A stretch of DNA of 32,000 nucleotides from Candidatus Atelocyanobacterium thalassa isolate ALOHA (GCF_000025125.1 NC_013771.1:690001-722000); one strand, 5' to 3'; counted from the first letter of the stretch, positions 9,157-18,637 are shown. A program made the numbers and translations. Notes: generated by a model not told the origin, from the sequence alone.

Positions 9157-10545
9157 ATGAAACTTACAAAAGCAAAAATTAATGAGCTACTGACACAACC
9201 AGAATGTGAGCATAATCTTAATAAGGGAGGGCAAGGTAAGAATAAAGCTTGTGCTCAGCAATCTCAGCCTGGCTCTGCTCAAGGAGGATGTGCTTTCGAT
9301 GGAGCGTCTATTACACTTGTACCAATTACTGATGCAGCTCATTTAGTTCATGGTCCTATTGCTTGTTCCGGTAACAGCTGGAATAGTCGTGGTAGTTTAT
9401 CTAGTGGTTCAACACTTTATAAAATGGGATTTACTACTGATATATCTGAAAATGATATAATTTTTGGAGGTGAAAAGAAGCTTTACAAAGCTGTTGTACA
9501 AGTTATTAATAATTTTAACCCATCTGCAGTTTTTGTTTATTCAACTTGTATTACTGCTCTTATAGGAGATGATCTAGATGCAGTGTGCAAAGCAGTAGTA
9601 GAAAAATATAAAATACCTGTTATTCCAGTTCATTCTCCAGGATTTGTGGGCAGTAAGAATTTAGGTAACCGTTTAGGTGGAGAAGCTCTTCTGCAGCATG
9701 TGATTGGAAGTAAAGAACCAAAATATACAACTAATTACGATATCAATATTGTTGGGGAATACAATATTGCCGGAGAAATGTGGGCAGTTACTACTTTACT
9801 TGAAAAGCTGGGAATTAGAGTTCTAGGAAAGATGACAGGGGATGCAAAATATGAAGATATTTGTTTTGCACATAGAGCAAAATTAAATGTAATGATTTGC
9901 TCTAAAGCTCTCATAAATGTAGCATCTTCAATGAAGGAAAAATATGACATACCTTACATTGAAGAATCTTTTTACGGGGTAGATGATATGAGTCGTTGCT
10001 TACGTAACATAGCAAAATTTTTTAATGATGCTCAGCTAATTGATCGTACTGAAAAAATTATCGAAGAAGAGATCTCTAGAATGAATATTCAGCTAGAGCC
10101 TTATAGAAAAAAATTAAAAGGGAAGCGAATGGTCCTATATACTGGAGGTGTGAAAAGCTGGTCTATCGTTTCAGCAGCACAAGATTTAGGTATGCAAGTA
10201 GTAGCTACCAGTACTAAAAAAAGTACAGAAGAAGATAAATCACGTATTAAAAAACTCTTGGGTAAAGATGGAATCATGCTTGAAAAAGGTAATCCAGAAG
10301 AGTTATTAAGAGTAATAAAACAAACAAAAGCCGATTTATTGGTAGCAGGAGGTAGAAATCAATATACTGCCCTTAAGGCAAAAATACCCTTTTTAGATAT
10401 TAATCAAGAACGCCATCATCCCTATGCAGGTTATATAGGCATGGTTGAAATGGCAAGAGAACTATGTGAAGCAGTTTATAGTCCAATTTGGAGACAAGTT
10501 AGAAAAACTGCACCTTGGGATCAGTGTGAAGAACAAAAGGAATAA
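9157..10545 (+). CDS. nifE: FeMo-cofactor biosynthesis scaffold NifE
   Basis: 462 aa and NifD-like (GCAFDGA, HGPIACSGNSW, YSTCITALIGDD). It follows nifK after a 367-bp spacer. SD AGGAAA lies upstream. Confidence 0.96.
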   Translation: MKLTKAKINELLTQPECEHNLNKGGQGKNKACAQQSQPGSAQGGCAFDGASITLVPITDAAHLVHGPIACSGNSWNSRGSLSSGSTLYKMGFTTDISENDIIFGGEKKLYKAVVQVINNFNPSAVFVYSTCITALIGDDLDAVCKAVVEKYKIPVIPVHSPGFVGSKNLGNRLGGEALLQHVIGSKEPKYTTNYDINIVGEYNIAGEMWAVTTLLEKLGIRVLGKMTGDAKYEDICFAHRAKLNVMICSKALINVASSMKEKYDIPYIEESFYGVDDMSRCLRNIAKFFNDAQLIDRTEKIIEEEISRMNIQLEPYRKKLKGKRMVLYTGGVKSWSIVSAAQDLGMQVVATSTKKSTEEDKSRIKKLLGKDGIMLEKGNPEELLRVIKQTKADLLVAGGRNQYTALKAKIPFLDINQERHHPYAGYIGMVEMARELCEAVYSPIWRQVRKTAPWDQCEEQKE

Positions 10546-10626
10546 AGCACTATGACCTAAATCTTGCATAGAGTTCCGTAACGTTTGAATGAAAATACTA
10601 AACCCCTGGAAAAGGAGCAACAGATA

Positions 10627-11988
10627 GTGACTACGATTGTAAATCCAGATAAATCTTTATCAATCAACCCATTAAAGATGAGTCAACCTTTGGGAGCAGC
10701 TCTAGCTTTTTTGGGTTTAAACAAAATGATGCCATTGTTTCATGGATCGCAAGGATGTACTGCCTTTGCTAAAGTCGTACTAGTACGTCATTTTCGTGAA
10801 TCTATTCCTCTTTCAACAACTGCTATGACAGAAATTAGCACAATTTTAGGCGGAGAGGATAATGTTGAGCAAGCAATTCTAACTATTATAGAAAAGTACA
10901 ATCCTGAAGTAATAGGACTTTTGACTACTGGCTTAACAGAAACTAGAGGAGATGATATGAATCGTATCCTTTTAACTATTAAAGAAAAACATCCACATTT
11001 GCGTTCTTTTCCAATTATTTTAGTTTCTACTCCAGACTATAAAGGTTCATTGCAAGATGGTTATAGCGCTGCGGTTGAAAGTATTGTATCTACTAACTAT
11101 GACGATTTTACTCAGAAGACATCATGTTTAACAAATGTAAAATCTCAAGTTAATGTTCTCTGTGCTTCTTATCTTTCTCCTGGTGATGTAGAAGAAATTA
11201 AATTCACTATTGAATCATTTGGTTTAACGCCGATTATGATTCCTGACTTATCTTGTTCCTTAGATGGTCATTTGGAGGATGAGTATCATACTACAACAAC
11301 TGGAGGAACTACTTTACAGCAACTGCAGCAATTGCGAAACTCTTGTTATACATTTGCAATTGGTGAAAGTATGACAAAAGCCGCAATGATTTTAAAGAAA
11401 CGTTTTGGTACAGAATATGAAGTTTTTCCTAGTTTAGCTGGTTTAGACGCAGTAGACTCTTTCATATGGAAGCTTTCTCAAATTGTTACAAGTGATAATG
11501 ATGATCAATTGTTATCGTCAACAGTTCCTCAACGTTTTGACAAACAGCGCCGCCAATTACAGGATGTTATCCTTGATACTCATTTTTATTTTGGCGGAAA
11601 AAAGATTTCTCTTGCCTTAGAACCAGATTTGTTATACCAAACATCATGGTTGCTAACAAGTATGGGTGCAGAAATTCAAGCTGCTGTAACTACAACTGCG
11701 TCACCAATATTAAAAGAACTACCTTTTGATACTGTAACTATTGGTGATTTAAAAGACTTAGAAAATTTAGCACCTAATAGTGACTTGATAATTACAAACA
11801 GTCATGGTACTTCTTTAGCTAATCACCTTAAAGTACCTCTATATCGTATGGGATATCCTGTGTATGATCGTTTAGGCATGGGTCAACGCTGCTTGATAGG
11901 ATACCGTGGTACTATGAGGTTTCTATTTGATGTCGGCAACCTTCTTATGGAAGAAGAAGCTAAACATAGTCCTATCAACTTACATTAA
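10627..11988 (+). CDS. nifN: FeMo-cofactor biosynthesis scaffold NifN
   Basis: NifK-like (NPLKMSQPLGAALAFLG, FHGSQGCTAF). The ORF-track start is TTG at 10585 and has no SD. The in-frame GTG at 10627 is preceded by AAGGAG (10612-10617). The true start is uncertain between these two. Confidence 0.93.
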   Translation: MTTIVNPDKSLSINPLKMSQPLGAALAFLGLNKMMPLFHGSQGCTAFAKVVLVRHFRESIPLSTTAMTEISTILGGEDNVEQAILTIIEKYNPEVIGLLTTGLTETRGDDMNRILLTIKEKHPHLRSFPIILVSTPDYKGSLQDGYSAAVESIVSTNYDDFTQKTSCLTNVKSQVNVLCASYLSPGDVEEIKFTIESFGLTPIMIPDLSCSLDGHLEDEYHTTTTGGTTLQQLQQLRNSCYTFAIGESMTKAAMILKKRFGTEYEVFPSLAGLDAVDSFIWKLSQIVTSDNDDQLLSSTVPQRFDKQRRQLQDVILDTHFYFGGKKISLALEPDLLYQTSWLLTSMGAEIQAAVTTTASPILKELPFDTVTIGDLKDLENLAPNSDLIITNSHGTSLANHLKVPLYRMGYPVYDRLGMGQRCLIGYRGTMRFLFDVGNLLMEEEAKHSPINLH

Positions 11989-12036
11989 AATAGGAACTAG
12001 GTTCCCCTTTAATTTTATTTATCTGAGAGGAAGAAT

Positions 12037-12435
12037 ATGAAAGTCGCATTTACAACTAGTGATAATCTTCACGTTAACGCTCATTTTGGATGGGCAAAAA
12101 ATATTGATTTATACGAAGTATCACCCAGTGGTTTTAGCTTTGTTAGCACATTAGACTTCGGTGGTGATTTAAAAGAAGATGGCAATGAAGATAAGTTAGT
12201 GCCAAAAATTGAAGCACTAAAAGGTTGTACTTTACTCTATGTTTCTGCTATCGGGGGTAGTGCTGCTGCTCGCCTAATAAATAGGAATGTTACACCTATT
12301 AAGGCACGGACAGATCAAGATAAAATTGACGATATCTTAAATGAATTAGTCAAAACACTAAAAGGTAATCCTCCTCCTTGGTTACGCAAAGTTCTTCGCC
12401 AAGATAGCGAACCTGTAAACTTTGAAGATGACTAA
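12037..12435 (+). CDS. nifX: FeMo-cofactor carrier or maturation protein NifX
   Basis: 132 aa. MKVAFTTSDNLHVNAHFGWAKNIDLYEV is the dinitrogenase iron-molybdenum cofactor family signature. SD GAGGAAG lies upstream. It follows nifN. Confidence 0.93.
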   Translation: MKVAFTTSDNLHVNAHFGWAKNIDLYEVSPSGFSFVSTLDFGGDLKEDGNEDKLVPKIEALKGCTLLYVSAIGGSAAARLINRNVTPIKARTDQDKIDDILNELVKTLKGNPPPWLRKVLRQDSEPVNFEDD

Positions 12436-13036
12436 TCAACATAAATGGAACAGATCATTCTTTAGGAAAAAATACTTGGAATCCCTTATCAGATAGACTT
12501 TAAGCCTTTATATATAGGTATATGTTTAACTTGTATTGGATTCGGAGTAATAGAAATACACCACTATTACTAAATAAAAAAGTAATAGAGTTTATCCAAG
12601 AGAAGAATTTATTTCTGTTAACATTTCAAAAATTATTTATTTCTTATGCAAAATTTATCAATTGATTAGCATGGAAATAAATATGCTACGTCAATTCTTG
12701 TAAGCAGATACTATAAAGATTTAACTAAACAGTTTAATAGAACTATTTAGTAATAACTTAGATTGTCGCAAAAGAGTTTCGTCTTAGAAATTTAAGAAAA
12801 TGAAGTAGTTTAGAATTAAAGATGACAATCTTTAGTATTTAATTAATACATAAAATCTTAATACTTTAATTTCAATTGGCGATAATTTACAAAAAACTAG
12901 GTATAGTTTTTATCTACATCTTTACTAGTTTACTAGATTATAATTCGAGAATAAGGTAAATGTAATGTTTACTTTCAAACTTCTCATTTTAAGTAACTGG
13001 TTAATATCTTATACACTATTCTATGAGGAAAATATT

Positions 13037-13270
13037 GTGGTAAATGATAATCCTACCCCTACTCCTGATGAAATAGCAGACTTGAAAAAAGCAGTTCGAA
13101 AATTAAATTCAAGGGCTGGCGAAATGAAAATGGATTTACATGACCTTGCAGAAGGATTACCTGTAGATTATGAGCTTCTTGTGGAAACTGCGAAAAGAAC
13201 TTACGATATATTTAATGATTTAGATCAATTAAAGAGAAAACTTACTTCTTGGGAGAAGAACCTAAAATGA
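13037..13270 (+). CDS. Small nif-cluster protein of the DUF683/Rop-like (CCE_0567-type) family
   Basis: The conserved core is DEIADLKKAVRKLNSRAGEMKMDLHDLAEGLP. It sits immediately upstream of nifW, as in other cyanobacteria. The ORF-track ATG at 12965 adds a hydrophobic, unconserved-looking 24 aa. The in-frame GTG at 13037 follows GAGGAA (13025-13030). The family call is from memory of this motif. Confidence 0.7.
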   Translation: MVNDNPTPTPDEIADLKKAVRKLNSRAGEMKMDLHDLAEGLPVDYELLVETAKRTYDIFNDLDQLKRKLTSWEKNLK

Positions 13271-13635
13271 CTATTCCTACTAATACACCAAAAACATTGG
13301 CTAATTTTATCAAACTTACCAATACAGAAGATTTTTTACAGTTTTTTGATATTGATTATGATCCAACTTTTGTTAATGTAAATCGTCTTCATATCTTAAA
13401 ACAATTCTCTATATTAGTAGCAGAGATAAATAGAGTTTTTCCAGATATAGATGACATGGAAAAATTAGCAAAATATAAGGTGGCATTCGAAGAATCTTAT
13501 CAACTATTTAAGACTTCTACCCCTCTAGATACCAAGTTGTTTAAAGTTTTTAAAGATGCCCCTAATAATGTTGTTTTATTGGAAGATTTAAGTATCGATG
13601 AAACAGATTGGACAAAAGATTCTGGTATTCTCTAA
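13267..13635 (+). CDS. nifW: Nitrogenase-stabilising/protective protein NifW
   Basis: The sequence FLQFFDIDYDPTFVNVNRLHILKQF is NifW-like. The ATG at 13267 overlaps the upstream TGA stop (ATGA) and follows GGGAGAAG. The ORF-track TTG at 13249 is unlikely to be the start. Confidence 0.9.
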   Translation: MTIPTNTPKTLANFIKLTNTEDFLQFFDIDYDPTFVNVNRLHILKQFSILVAEINRVFPDIDDMEKLAKYKVAFEESYQLFKTSTPLDTKLFKVFKDAPNNVVLLEDLSIDETDWTKDSGIL

Positions 13636-13648
13636 TTAATTAATATTT

Positions 13649-14419
13649 ATGGAACTTACTCCTAGTGAATTAGAACGTTATTCTAGACAAATTCAAATTT
13701 CTGGTTTTGGAGAGAATGGACAAAGACTCCTGAAAAACACAGTTGCTGTTGTTACAGGTGTAGGTGGATTAGGAGGAACTGTTGCTCTATATCTAGCTAT
13801 CGCTGGGGTAGGTAAAATCATTTTGGTTCGTGGAGGAAATCTGCGTGTTGATGACCTTAATCGTCAAATATTGATGACTAACAGTTGGGTGGGTCAGCCT
13901 AGGGTCTATAAAGCCAAAGAAACTATTCTAAATATTAATCCTGATATTGAAGTTGAAGTAATTCCTGAATTTGTTACCTCTGAAAATGTTGATAGTCTGG
14001 TAAAAAATTCTAATATTGCTTTTGATTGCGCTTTTGATTTTACAGAAAGGGATTTATTAAACACAGCTTGTGTTCGCTGGAGAATTCCTATGGTGGAGGC
14101 AGCAATGAGTGGTATGGAAGCTTATTTAACAACTATCATTCCTGGTGAAACATCCTGTTTGTCATGTATTTTCCCAGAAAAGCCTAAGTGGGATAAATGG
14201 GGGTTTGGAGTTTTAGGAGCAGTTTCTGGTACTTTAGCTTGCTTAGCAGCGTTGGAAGGTATTAAACTTTTAACAGGAGTTGGAGAAACTTTAAAAGGTC
14301 AATTGTTAACAATGGATCTAGGAAATACAACTTTTACTAAACGTCGTCTTTATCATGATCCTGAATGCCATACTTGTGGTGGCTTAAGTCAGGATCATCA
14401 TAACGATGCGATACAATAA
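13649..14419 (+). CDS. hesA: HesA (ThiF/MoeB-family adenylyltransferase of nif clusters)
   Basis: 256 aa. It has RYSRQI, the nucleotide-binding GVGGLGG, and CLSC and CHTC zinc-site pairs. The hesA-hesB-fdxH order is conserved in cyanobacteria. Confidence 0.9.
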   Translation: MELTPSELERYSRQIQISGFGENGQRLLKNTVAVVTGVGGLGGTVALYLAIAGVGKIILVRGGNLRVDDLNRQILMTNSWVGQPRVYKAKETILNINPDIEVEVIPEFVTSENVDSLVKNSNIAFDCAFDFTERDLLNTACVRWRIPMVEAAMSGMEAYLTTIIPGETSCLSCIFPEKPKWDKWGFGVLGAVSGTLACLAALEGIKLLTGVGETLKGQLLTMDLGNTTFTKRRLYHDPECHTCGGLSQDHHNDAIQ

Positions 14420-14501
14420 AAGATAGATATTGAGGATAAGTATTTATTCTCATGATAATTATTTGATTTTACTTCTTCATTACCCTTATATTCATAAAAA
14501 A

Positions 14502-14858
14502 ATGACTGTAACCCTAACTGAAAAAGCTACTATTCGACTTCAGTCCTTTCTGAAAAAACAATCAAATAAAGTTTCCGGCATTCGTGTTGGGGTTAAAGAT
14601 GGTGGTTGTAATGGTTATGAATACACCCTTAATCTAGTAGGGAAACCAAATGAAAAGGATGTATGTTTTAATCAGAACAATATCTCTATCTATGTTGACC
14701 CTAATAATATATCCTTACTAGAAGGGGTAGTTATTGATTTTGTAGATAGTCTAACTAAAAGCGGATTTATTTTTACAAATCCTAATGCAACAGGTACTTG
14801 TGACTGCGGTAAGTCTTTCTCTACAGCAAACTGCGGACAATCTACCCCTTGTAGCTAA
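14502..14858 (+). CDS. hesB: HesB (IscA-type Fe-S cluster assembly protein)
   Basis: It has the MTVTLTEKATIRLQSF N-terminus typical of HesB, GGCNGYEY, and the C-terminal FTNPNATGTCDCGKSF. The ORF-track TTG start at 14430 adds 24 non-conserved residues. Confidence 0.92.
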   Translation: MTVTLTEKATIRLQSFLKKQSNKVSGIRVGVKDGGCNGYEYTLNLVGKPNEKDVCFNQNNISIYVDPNNISLLEGVVIDFVDSLTKSGFIFTNPNATGTCDCGKSFSTANCGQSTPCS

Positions 14859-14968
14859 TCGATAATTAAGAGTAGCTGATAAAAAATTTGGTTATTAGAT
14901 ATTATTCTTTTTCCAGAATCATACCGAATAACCAATAACACACATTCAATGTATAAGGAGAAACACTG

Positions 14969-15282
14969 ATGCCTAAAACTTATGAAGTTCGATTGATTAA
15001 AGGGAAAAAAATAAGCCTCCAGAAATGGATGTTACTCTTACACTTCCTGATAATGTTTATATAGTTGATTCTGCTGAAGACAATGGGGTTGAACTTCCTG
15101 CGACTTGTCGAACAGGTAATTGCTCTAATTGTGTTGGCCGAATGGTTGAAGGAGAAGTTGATCAACTAGATCAAGCTTTTTTAACAGATAAACAGGTAAA
15201 AGATGGTTGGGTACTTCTTTGTGTTGCTTATCCTCGTTCTAACTGCACAATTAAAACTCATCAAGAGGCTTATTTAGTCTAA
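14969..15282 (+). CDS. fdxH: Nif-associated [2Fe-2S] plant-type ferredoxin FdxH, interrupted by an apparent 1-nt frameshift in an A7 run
   Basis: SD AAGGAG (14955-14960) plus ATG 14969 encode MPKTYEVRLIKGKK, then run to TAG at 15062. The rest of FdxH lies in the -1 frame (ORF 15025..15282), with CRTGNCSNC and LLCVAYPRSNCTIKTHQE. The frames meet at the A-run 15005-15011. Confidence 0.85.
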
Positions 15283-15316
15283 AGTATTAGATAATTTATC
15301 CTCATCTATTCGCAAA

Positions 15317-15358
15317 GGAAGCCGTAGAATTTGCTACGGCTCCATACCCTTCATTTTT
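15317..15358 (+). terminator. Intrinsic terminator after fdxH
   Basis: GGAAGCCGTAG (15317-15327) pairs with CTACGGCTCC (15334-15343). The core GCCGTAG/CTACGGC is perfect, with one bulged A. The loop is 6 nt and a T5 run lies at 15354-15358. This is a GC-rich stem in AT-rich DNA. Confidence 0.65.
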
Positions 15359-15421
15359 GGTCGAAACAATCTATTTAATATGATTAATAACTAGGCAATA
15401 CTATTTTCATCGAGGTTTATC

Positions 15422-15778
15422 ATGAATCTAAAATGGAAAACATTTGTTTCGAAAACAGTATTTTGGATGATGGGAGAAGTATTTTTAAATTTCTTAGGTC
15501 TAGATAATGTAGCCGATTATAGTACTTTTTTGTTTGAACATGAGCTAGAGTTGTCTAAAAAAAATCATAAAACAGTTAAATTATCTTGCTTTAACCCTAA
15601 ATTTTGTCACAAGATCAATAATAAATGTCCTATTGATGAAGTTGCTCTTCAATTCTCAAAAAATCCATTAGATGATTGTATAGTTAATCATGATATTTTT
15701 TCTAATAGATGTGTAAAAGTTAAGCATAGCTGTATAAAAGCTGCTTTGTTTTCCGATTTATCATATGGTTATAAATAA
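15422..15778 (+). CDS. Hypothetical small protein with an N-terminal hydrophobic helix and a Cys-rich C-terminal part
   Basis: 118-aa ORF in an otherwise stop-rich AT spacer, with GAGG 8 nt upstream of the ATG. The N-terminal helix is TVFWMMGEVFLNFLGL. Seven Cys lie in the C-terminal 65 aa. I recognise no family with confidence. Confidence 0.45.
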   Translation: MNLKWKTFVSKTVFWMMGEVFLNFLGLDNVADYSTFLFEHELELSKKNHKTVKLSCFNPKFCHKINNKCPIDEVALQFSKNPLDDCIVNHDIFSNRCVKVKHSCIKAALFSDLSYGYK

Positions 15779-16191
15779 AAATTATAGAATAATAAAATAT
15801 GGATTTATTCACATACAGTAATAAGATTTAATGCTGTAGTATTAAATTTTACGTAAACAAAAAATTTAAAAAATTGTTAAATATTTCGCAAAAATTATTG
15901 GATTTTATGTTGTTCCTATAAAAGAAGCTTCAGTAATCTAAATTTATGTATCTCTAGTTACTGTTTATAAAAACGTTAAAAACTACACTAGTAATTACTG
16001 AAAAATATAAATTATTTAACAGTTTCTATAAATATTAAATAATCTATAAAACATTAGTCTTATTAAAAACAGTGATAGTTAATTTTTCAGTGAATTTAAT
16101 ATTTTTCTGCCAATTATTTAATAATTTCATAACAAAATTAAATACTAAAAAATATTAAATAGTTTTTCCTCTTACCATAAAAAGGAACATC

Positions 16192-18150
16192 ATGGCTTTA
16201 GATTTTTCTCCTATTTGGATCTCATTAAAAATTGCAACTTTTGCTACATTTTTTGCATTTTTTTCTGGAACAATATCAGCTTATTGGATGTTTAAATATA
16301 ATGGAAAATGGAAAAGCATAATTGATGGATTTTTAACAATTCCTTTAGTACTTCCTCCTACAGTAATTGGATTTTTACTATTATTATTACTAGGAAAATA
16401 TGGACCTATCGGTAGACTATTGTGGTTGTTTAATGTTAATATAATATTTACGTGGTATGCAGCTGTTATAGCAGCAATAGTTGTTGCTTTTCCTTTGATG
16501 TATAAAACATCATTAGGAGCATTTCAACAAATAGACTTTAACCTAATATCTAGTGCTAAAACTCTGGGAGCCTCAGAAATAGAGCTTTTTTGGCGGATCA
16601 TACTGCCTTTAGCTAGACCGGGTCTTATATCAGGATTATTGTTGTCATATGCACGGGCTCTCGGTGAATTTGGAGCAACCTTGATGCTGGCGGGTAGTAT
16701 TCCTGGAAAGACTCAAACTATTCCGATAGCAATCTTTTTCGCCACAGAAAGTGGTGACATAGAAGAAGCCCGGCTATTAGTAATAATAATGGTTCTTCTA
16801 TCGCTTAGCATTACCATTAGTATAAATTTTTGGAATGATAACTATTCTATTAAACGTCTAGGGAAAAAGTTCTCGAAGATTAAAACATTTAAAGTTAGTA
16901 AGACTTTGAAAAGTGAAAAAAATTCTCTACCAGTTGTTGAGGCTTCAGAGAATTTTCACCCTTCAACACTATGTGATTCTAATCAATTAGTTGTCAACAT
17001 AAAGAAAAAATTAACTAACTTTGAGTTAAATGTTTCCTTCTCAATTAATCGAGGCCAAACACCATTAGGTTTGTTAGGAGCTTCTGGAGCCGGGAAAAGT
17101 TTAATCTTAAGATGTATCGCTGGGCTGGATACTCCTGATCATGGCTATATATCTTTAAATGGTAAAGTCTTATTTGATTCTCAAAAAGGTATCAATGTTC
17201 CAATTCGTGAACGTAAAGTCGGATTTTTATTTCAAAACTATGCTTTGTTTCATCATTTAACAATTTTTCAAAACATAGCTTTTGGGTTACCTAAAAATCT
17301 TCCCTCTTCTATTGTTCATCAAAAAGTTGAAAAACAGTTGGTAACAGTTCAGTTACAGGGGTTTGAACATCGTTATCCTAATACACTTTCTGGAGGACAA
17401 AAACAAAGAGTTGCATTAGCTAGAGCATTAGCTAATGAACCCGACATCTTACTGTTAGACGAACCTTTTTCTGCACTTGATACTTATCTACGAGATCAAT
17501 TAGAAAAGCTTTTAAAGCTAAGCTTAAATAATTACGCAGGAATAGCATTGTTTGTTAGCCATAATTTGGAAGAAGCCTATCGTATTTGTCCTAATCTTTT
17601 AATACTAAATGAAGGTATAATACTTACAAAGGGTTTGAAACAAAAAGTTTTTGATAATCCACGCTATCTTAAAGCAGCACAAATCACAGGATGTAAAAAC
17701 TTTTCTAGAGCTCTTCCATTATCGAAAAATAAAATTGCTGCTCTTGATTGGGGATGTACCTTAAAAATTAATGAATCAACTTTTCCTGATTTAACTCATG
17801 TCGGAATTCGTGCTCATCAGATATCATTTATCGATTTTGGAGTAAATCTTTTAGAATATAATCAACTTGAGAATTTCTTTAAATGCTGGTTAGCAAGTAT
17901 AACTGAAACTCAACACAGGATAACGTTATATATAAAATTAAACTCTCCTCCAACCAGTTTTTTTGACTATCATCTACAAGTCGAAGTCTTCAAGGATAAA
18001 TGGGATGAGCTAAAAAAACTTCCAATACCCTGGCCAGTACAACTTGAACCTTCACGCCTCATGTTACTACAGAATTCAAGCGACTCTATATCCCTTGAAT
18101 ATACAACTAGTGATTTTTCAAAAGTTACTAGTAAACATAACTCTAATTAA
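16192..18150 (+). CDS. modBC: Fused molybdate ABC transporter permease-ATPase (ModB-ModC)
   Basis: 652 aa. The N-terminal ~215 aa are a ModB/CysTW-type permease with EAA loop [24 protein letters not shown]. The C-terminal part is an ABC ATPase with Walker A GASGAGKS, signature [15 protein letters not shown], Walker [12 protein letters not shown] and a TOBE-like tail. Confidence 0.9.
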   Translation: MALDFSPIWISLKIATFATFFAFFSGTISAYWMFKYNGKWKSIIDGFLTIPLVLPPTVIGFLLLLLLGKYGPIGRLLWLFNVNIIFTWYAAVIAAIVVAFPLMYKTSLGAFQQIDFNLISSAKTLGASEIELFWRIILPLARPGLISGLLLSYARALGEFGATLMLAGSIPGKTQTIPIAIFFATESGDIEEARLLVIIMVLLSLSITISINFWNDNYSIKRLGKKFSKIKTFKVSKTLKSEKNSLPVVEASENFHPSTLCDSNQLVVNIKKKLTNFELNVSFSINRGQTPLGLLGASGAGKSLILRCIAGLDTPDHGYISLNGKVLFDSQKGINVPIRERKVGFLFQNYALFHHLTIFQNIAFGLPKNLPSSIVHQKVEKQLVTVQLQGFEHRYPNTLSGGQKQRVALARALANEPDILLLDEPFSALDTYLRDQLEKLLKLSLNNYAGIALFVSHNLEEAYRICPNLLILNEGIILTKGLKQKVFDNPRYLKAAQITGCKNFSRALPLSKNKIAALDWGCTLKINESTFPDLTHVGIRAHQISFIDFGVNLLEYNQLENFFKCWLASITETQHRITLYIKLNSPPTSFFDYHLQVEVFKDKWDELKKLPIPWPVQLEPSRLMLLQNSSDSISLEYTTSDFSKVTSKHNSN

Positions 18151-18182
18151 TAACTTTCCTGATACATAATAGGAGAACACTT

Positions 18183-18479
18183 ATGGCAAACTTAACTGGC
18201 TTAACTTTTGGACAAAAAGAATGGACTCCAAAGTTTGTTGAAGATATCAATAAAGAAACCTGTCTTGGTTGTGGACGTTGTTTCAAAGTCTGCGGTCACA
18301 ATGTCTTAACTTTGTTAGGAGTTAATGAAGACGGTGAAGTCGTTGATGAAGATGAAGATGATGATGATGTAGAACGTCAAGTCATGGGTATTATTAATAA
18401 AGATAATTGCGTTGGTTGTGAAGCATGCGCAAAAATTTGTCCTAAAGGTTGTTATACTAACGTACCTCTAGCTATATAA
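18183..18479 (+). CDS. fdxB: Nif-specific 2[4Fe-4S] ferredoxin III (FdxB)
   Basis: 98 aa. It has two cluster motifs, [11 protein letters not shown] and [12 protein letters not shown], separated by an acidic insert (DEDEDDDD). The N-terminal [15 protein letters not shown] is typical of FdxB. SD AGGAGA lies upstream. Confidence 0.88.
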   Translation: MANLTGLTFGQKEWTPKFVEDINKETCLGCGRCFKVCGHNVLTLLGVNEDGEVVDEDEDDDDVERQVMGIINKDNCVGCEACAKICPKGCYTNVPLAI

Positions 18480-18489
18480 TTGGATTTAT

Positions 18490-18530
18490 AAAGGAGTAGC
18501 TGCAGTTCAAGCTAAGGCGGCTACTCTTTT
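18490..18530 (+). terminator. Candidate terminator after fdxB
   Basis: AAAGGAGTAGC (18490-18500) pairs with GCTACTCTTTT (18520-18530). The core GAGTAGC/GCTACTC is perfect. The loop is 19 nt and the 3' side is T-rich. Confidence 0.45.
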
Positions 18531-18637
18531 ATAAATATGTACTCATTAAATAGTAAAAAACTGTAATAATTAAAATATTAATCGTAATAGAAAGTAATGT
18601 TATGGTTGAATCTTATCTATCTTAAGTAAGAAATAAA

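Noticed and set aside
9735-9950. 71-aa - strand ORF inside nifE
   Set aside because: It is an antisense shadow ORF.
14980-15165. 61-aa - strand ORF overlapping fdxH
   Set aside because: It is antisense to the conserved ferredoxin coding sequence and has no independent support.
15839-15852. GTA-N8-TAC (NtcA consensus) site GTATTAAATTTTAC upstream of modBC
   Set aside because: It lies ~340 nt from the modBC ATG with no -10 box at the proper spacing. By my rough estimate, the six specified bases are expected around ten times by chance in a window of this composition.
15779-16191. Possible molybdenum-cofactor riboswitch or other structured leader upstream of modBC
   Set aside because: The spacer is almost pure A/T with no GC-rich conserved helices of the Moco motif. 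Only short, loosely repeated CAGTAAT-like words are present.
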